In this document: positions 63,728-64,000 of the stretch, one piece after another
How the letters are laid out: each line of letters starts with the position of its first letter
Numbering within the stretch: the stretch's first letter is position 1
Sequence record: OR980947
Source: Shigella phage Tf
DNA length: 64,000 nucleotides
Direction: 5' to 3' (one strand)
The notes under the pieces: generated by a model
The model's input: the letters and a program-made list of their open reading frames with translations, nothing else
What the model was told of the DNA's origin: nothing
Database searches by the model: none
Translations under genes and position numbers: made by a program

Positions 63728-63925
63728 ATGGCTATTGTTAACGGTTTAAACATTGAAACTACTCACATCAAAGATATCAAAGTCGGTGATATAGTCCTTT
63801 TTCACGGCGTAGAAAGAACTGTTACTGAAAAGGATATCAAGGAGGATTCATTCATGGGCCGGACTCTCTTTGGTGATTCATATTGCTTAGGTTACCTTGC
63901 AGTTTTAAAAGTTGTCAAAAATTAA
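63728..63925 (+). CDS. small early protein (65 aa)
   Basis: ATG after shared leader. Confidence 0.4.
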   Translation: MAIVNGLNIETTHIKDIKVGDIVLFHGVERTVTEKDIKEDSFMGRTLFGDSYCLGYLAVLKVVKN

Positions 63926-64000
63926 CTGATAAAGTACTTTACAAGGGGCTTATAGTTCGATAAAGTAAGCCCCAGATAAAGAGCTTTACCACTAAATCCT
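63926..64000 (+). repeat. intergenic repeat cassette type A, copy 4 (truncated by window end)
   Basis: ctgataaagtactttacaaggggcttatagttcgataaagtaagccccagataaagagctttaccactaaatcct. Confidence 0.55.

Overview
The window is a gene-dense, low-GC (~39%) fragment of a large virulent tailed phage, read from sequence alone with no database search. It has three parts. (1) 1-16.3 kb, + strand: a contractile-tail morphogenesis module (sheath, tube, chaperones, tape measure, baseplate proteins, two tail fibres with His-x-His repeat tips), then a holin-like pair. (2) 16.9-26.7 kb, - strand: thymidylate synthase, DHFR, ATP-dependent DNA ligase and a family A DNA polymerase split by an ORF-less group I intron, with a free-standing HNH endonuclease downstream. 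(3) 26.9-64 kb, + strand: replication and nucleotide metabolism (dNMP kinase, primase-helicase, SSB-like protein, exonuclease, NrdAB, glutaredoxin, NrdD split by a second group I intron carrying an HNH endonuclease, NrdG), a PRPP-synthetase-like/NAMPT-like gene pair, rIIA/rIIB-like genes, two DNA adenine methyltransferases each followed by one of two paralogous ParB/Srx-like proteins, a spanin pair, a macrodomain protein, and an early-gene array of small ORFs behind near-identical promoter/hairpin cassettes. The gene content (thyA, frd, nrdAB, nrdDG, prs-like, nadV-like, rII, several homing endonucleases) resembles FelixO1-like or T5-like lytic phages, but this is unconfirmed. No tRNA, rRNA or CRISPR array was seen by eye. 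The strongest candidates for an undescribed system are the duplicated methyltransferase + ParB-like modules (52.6-58.2 kb) and the NAD/ADP-ribose gene set (prs-like + NAMPT-like + macrodomain); the iteron-like repeat block at 60.6-60.8 kb is also unexplained. All calls rest on motif reading and synteny.
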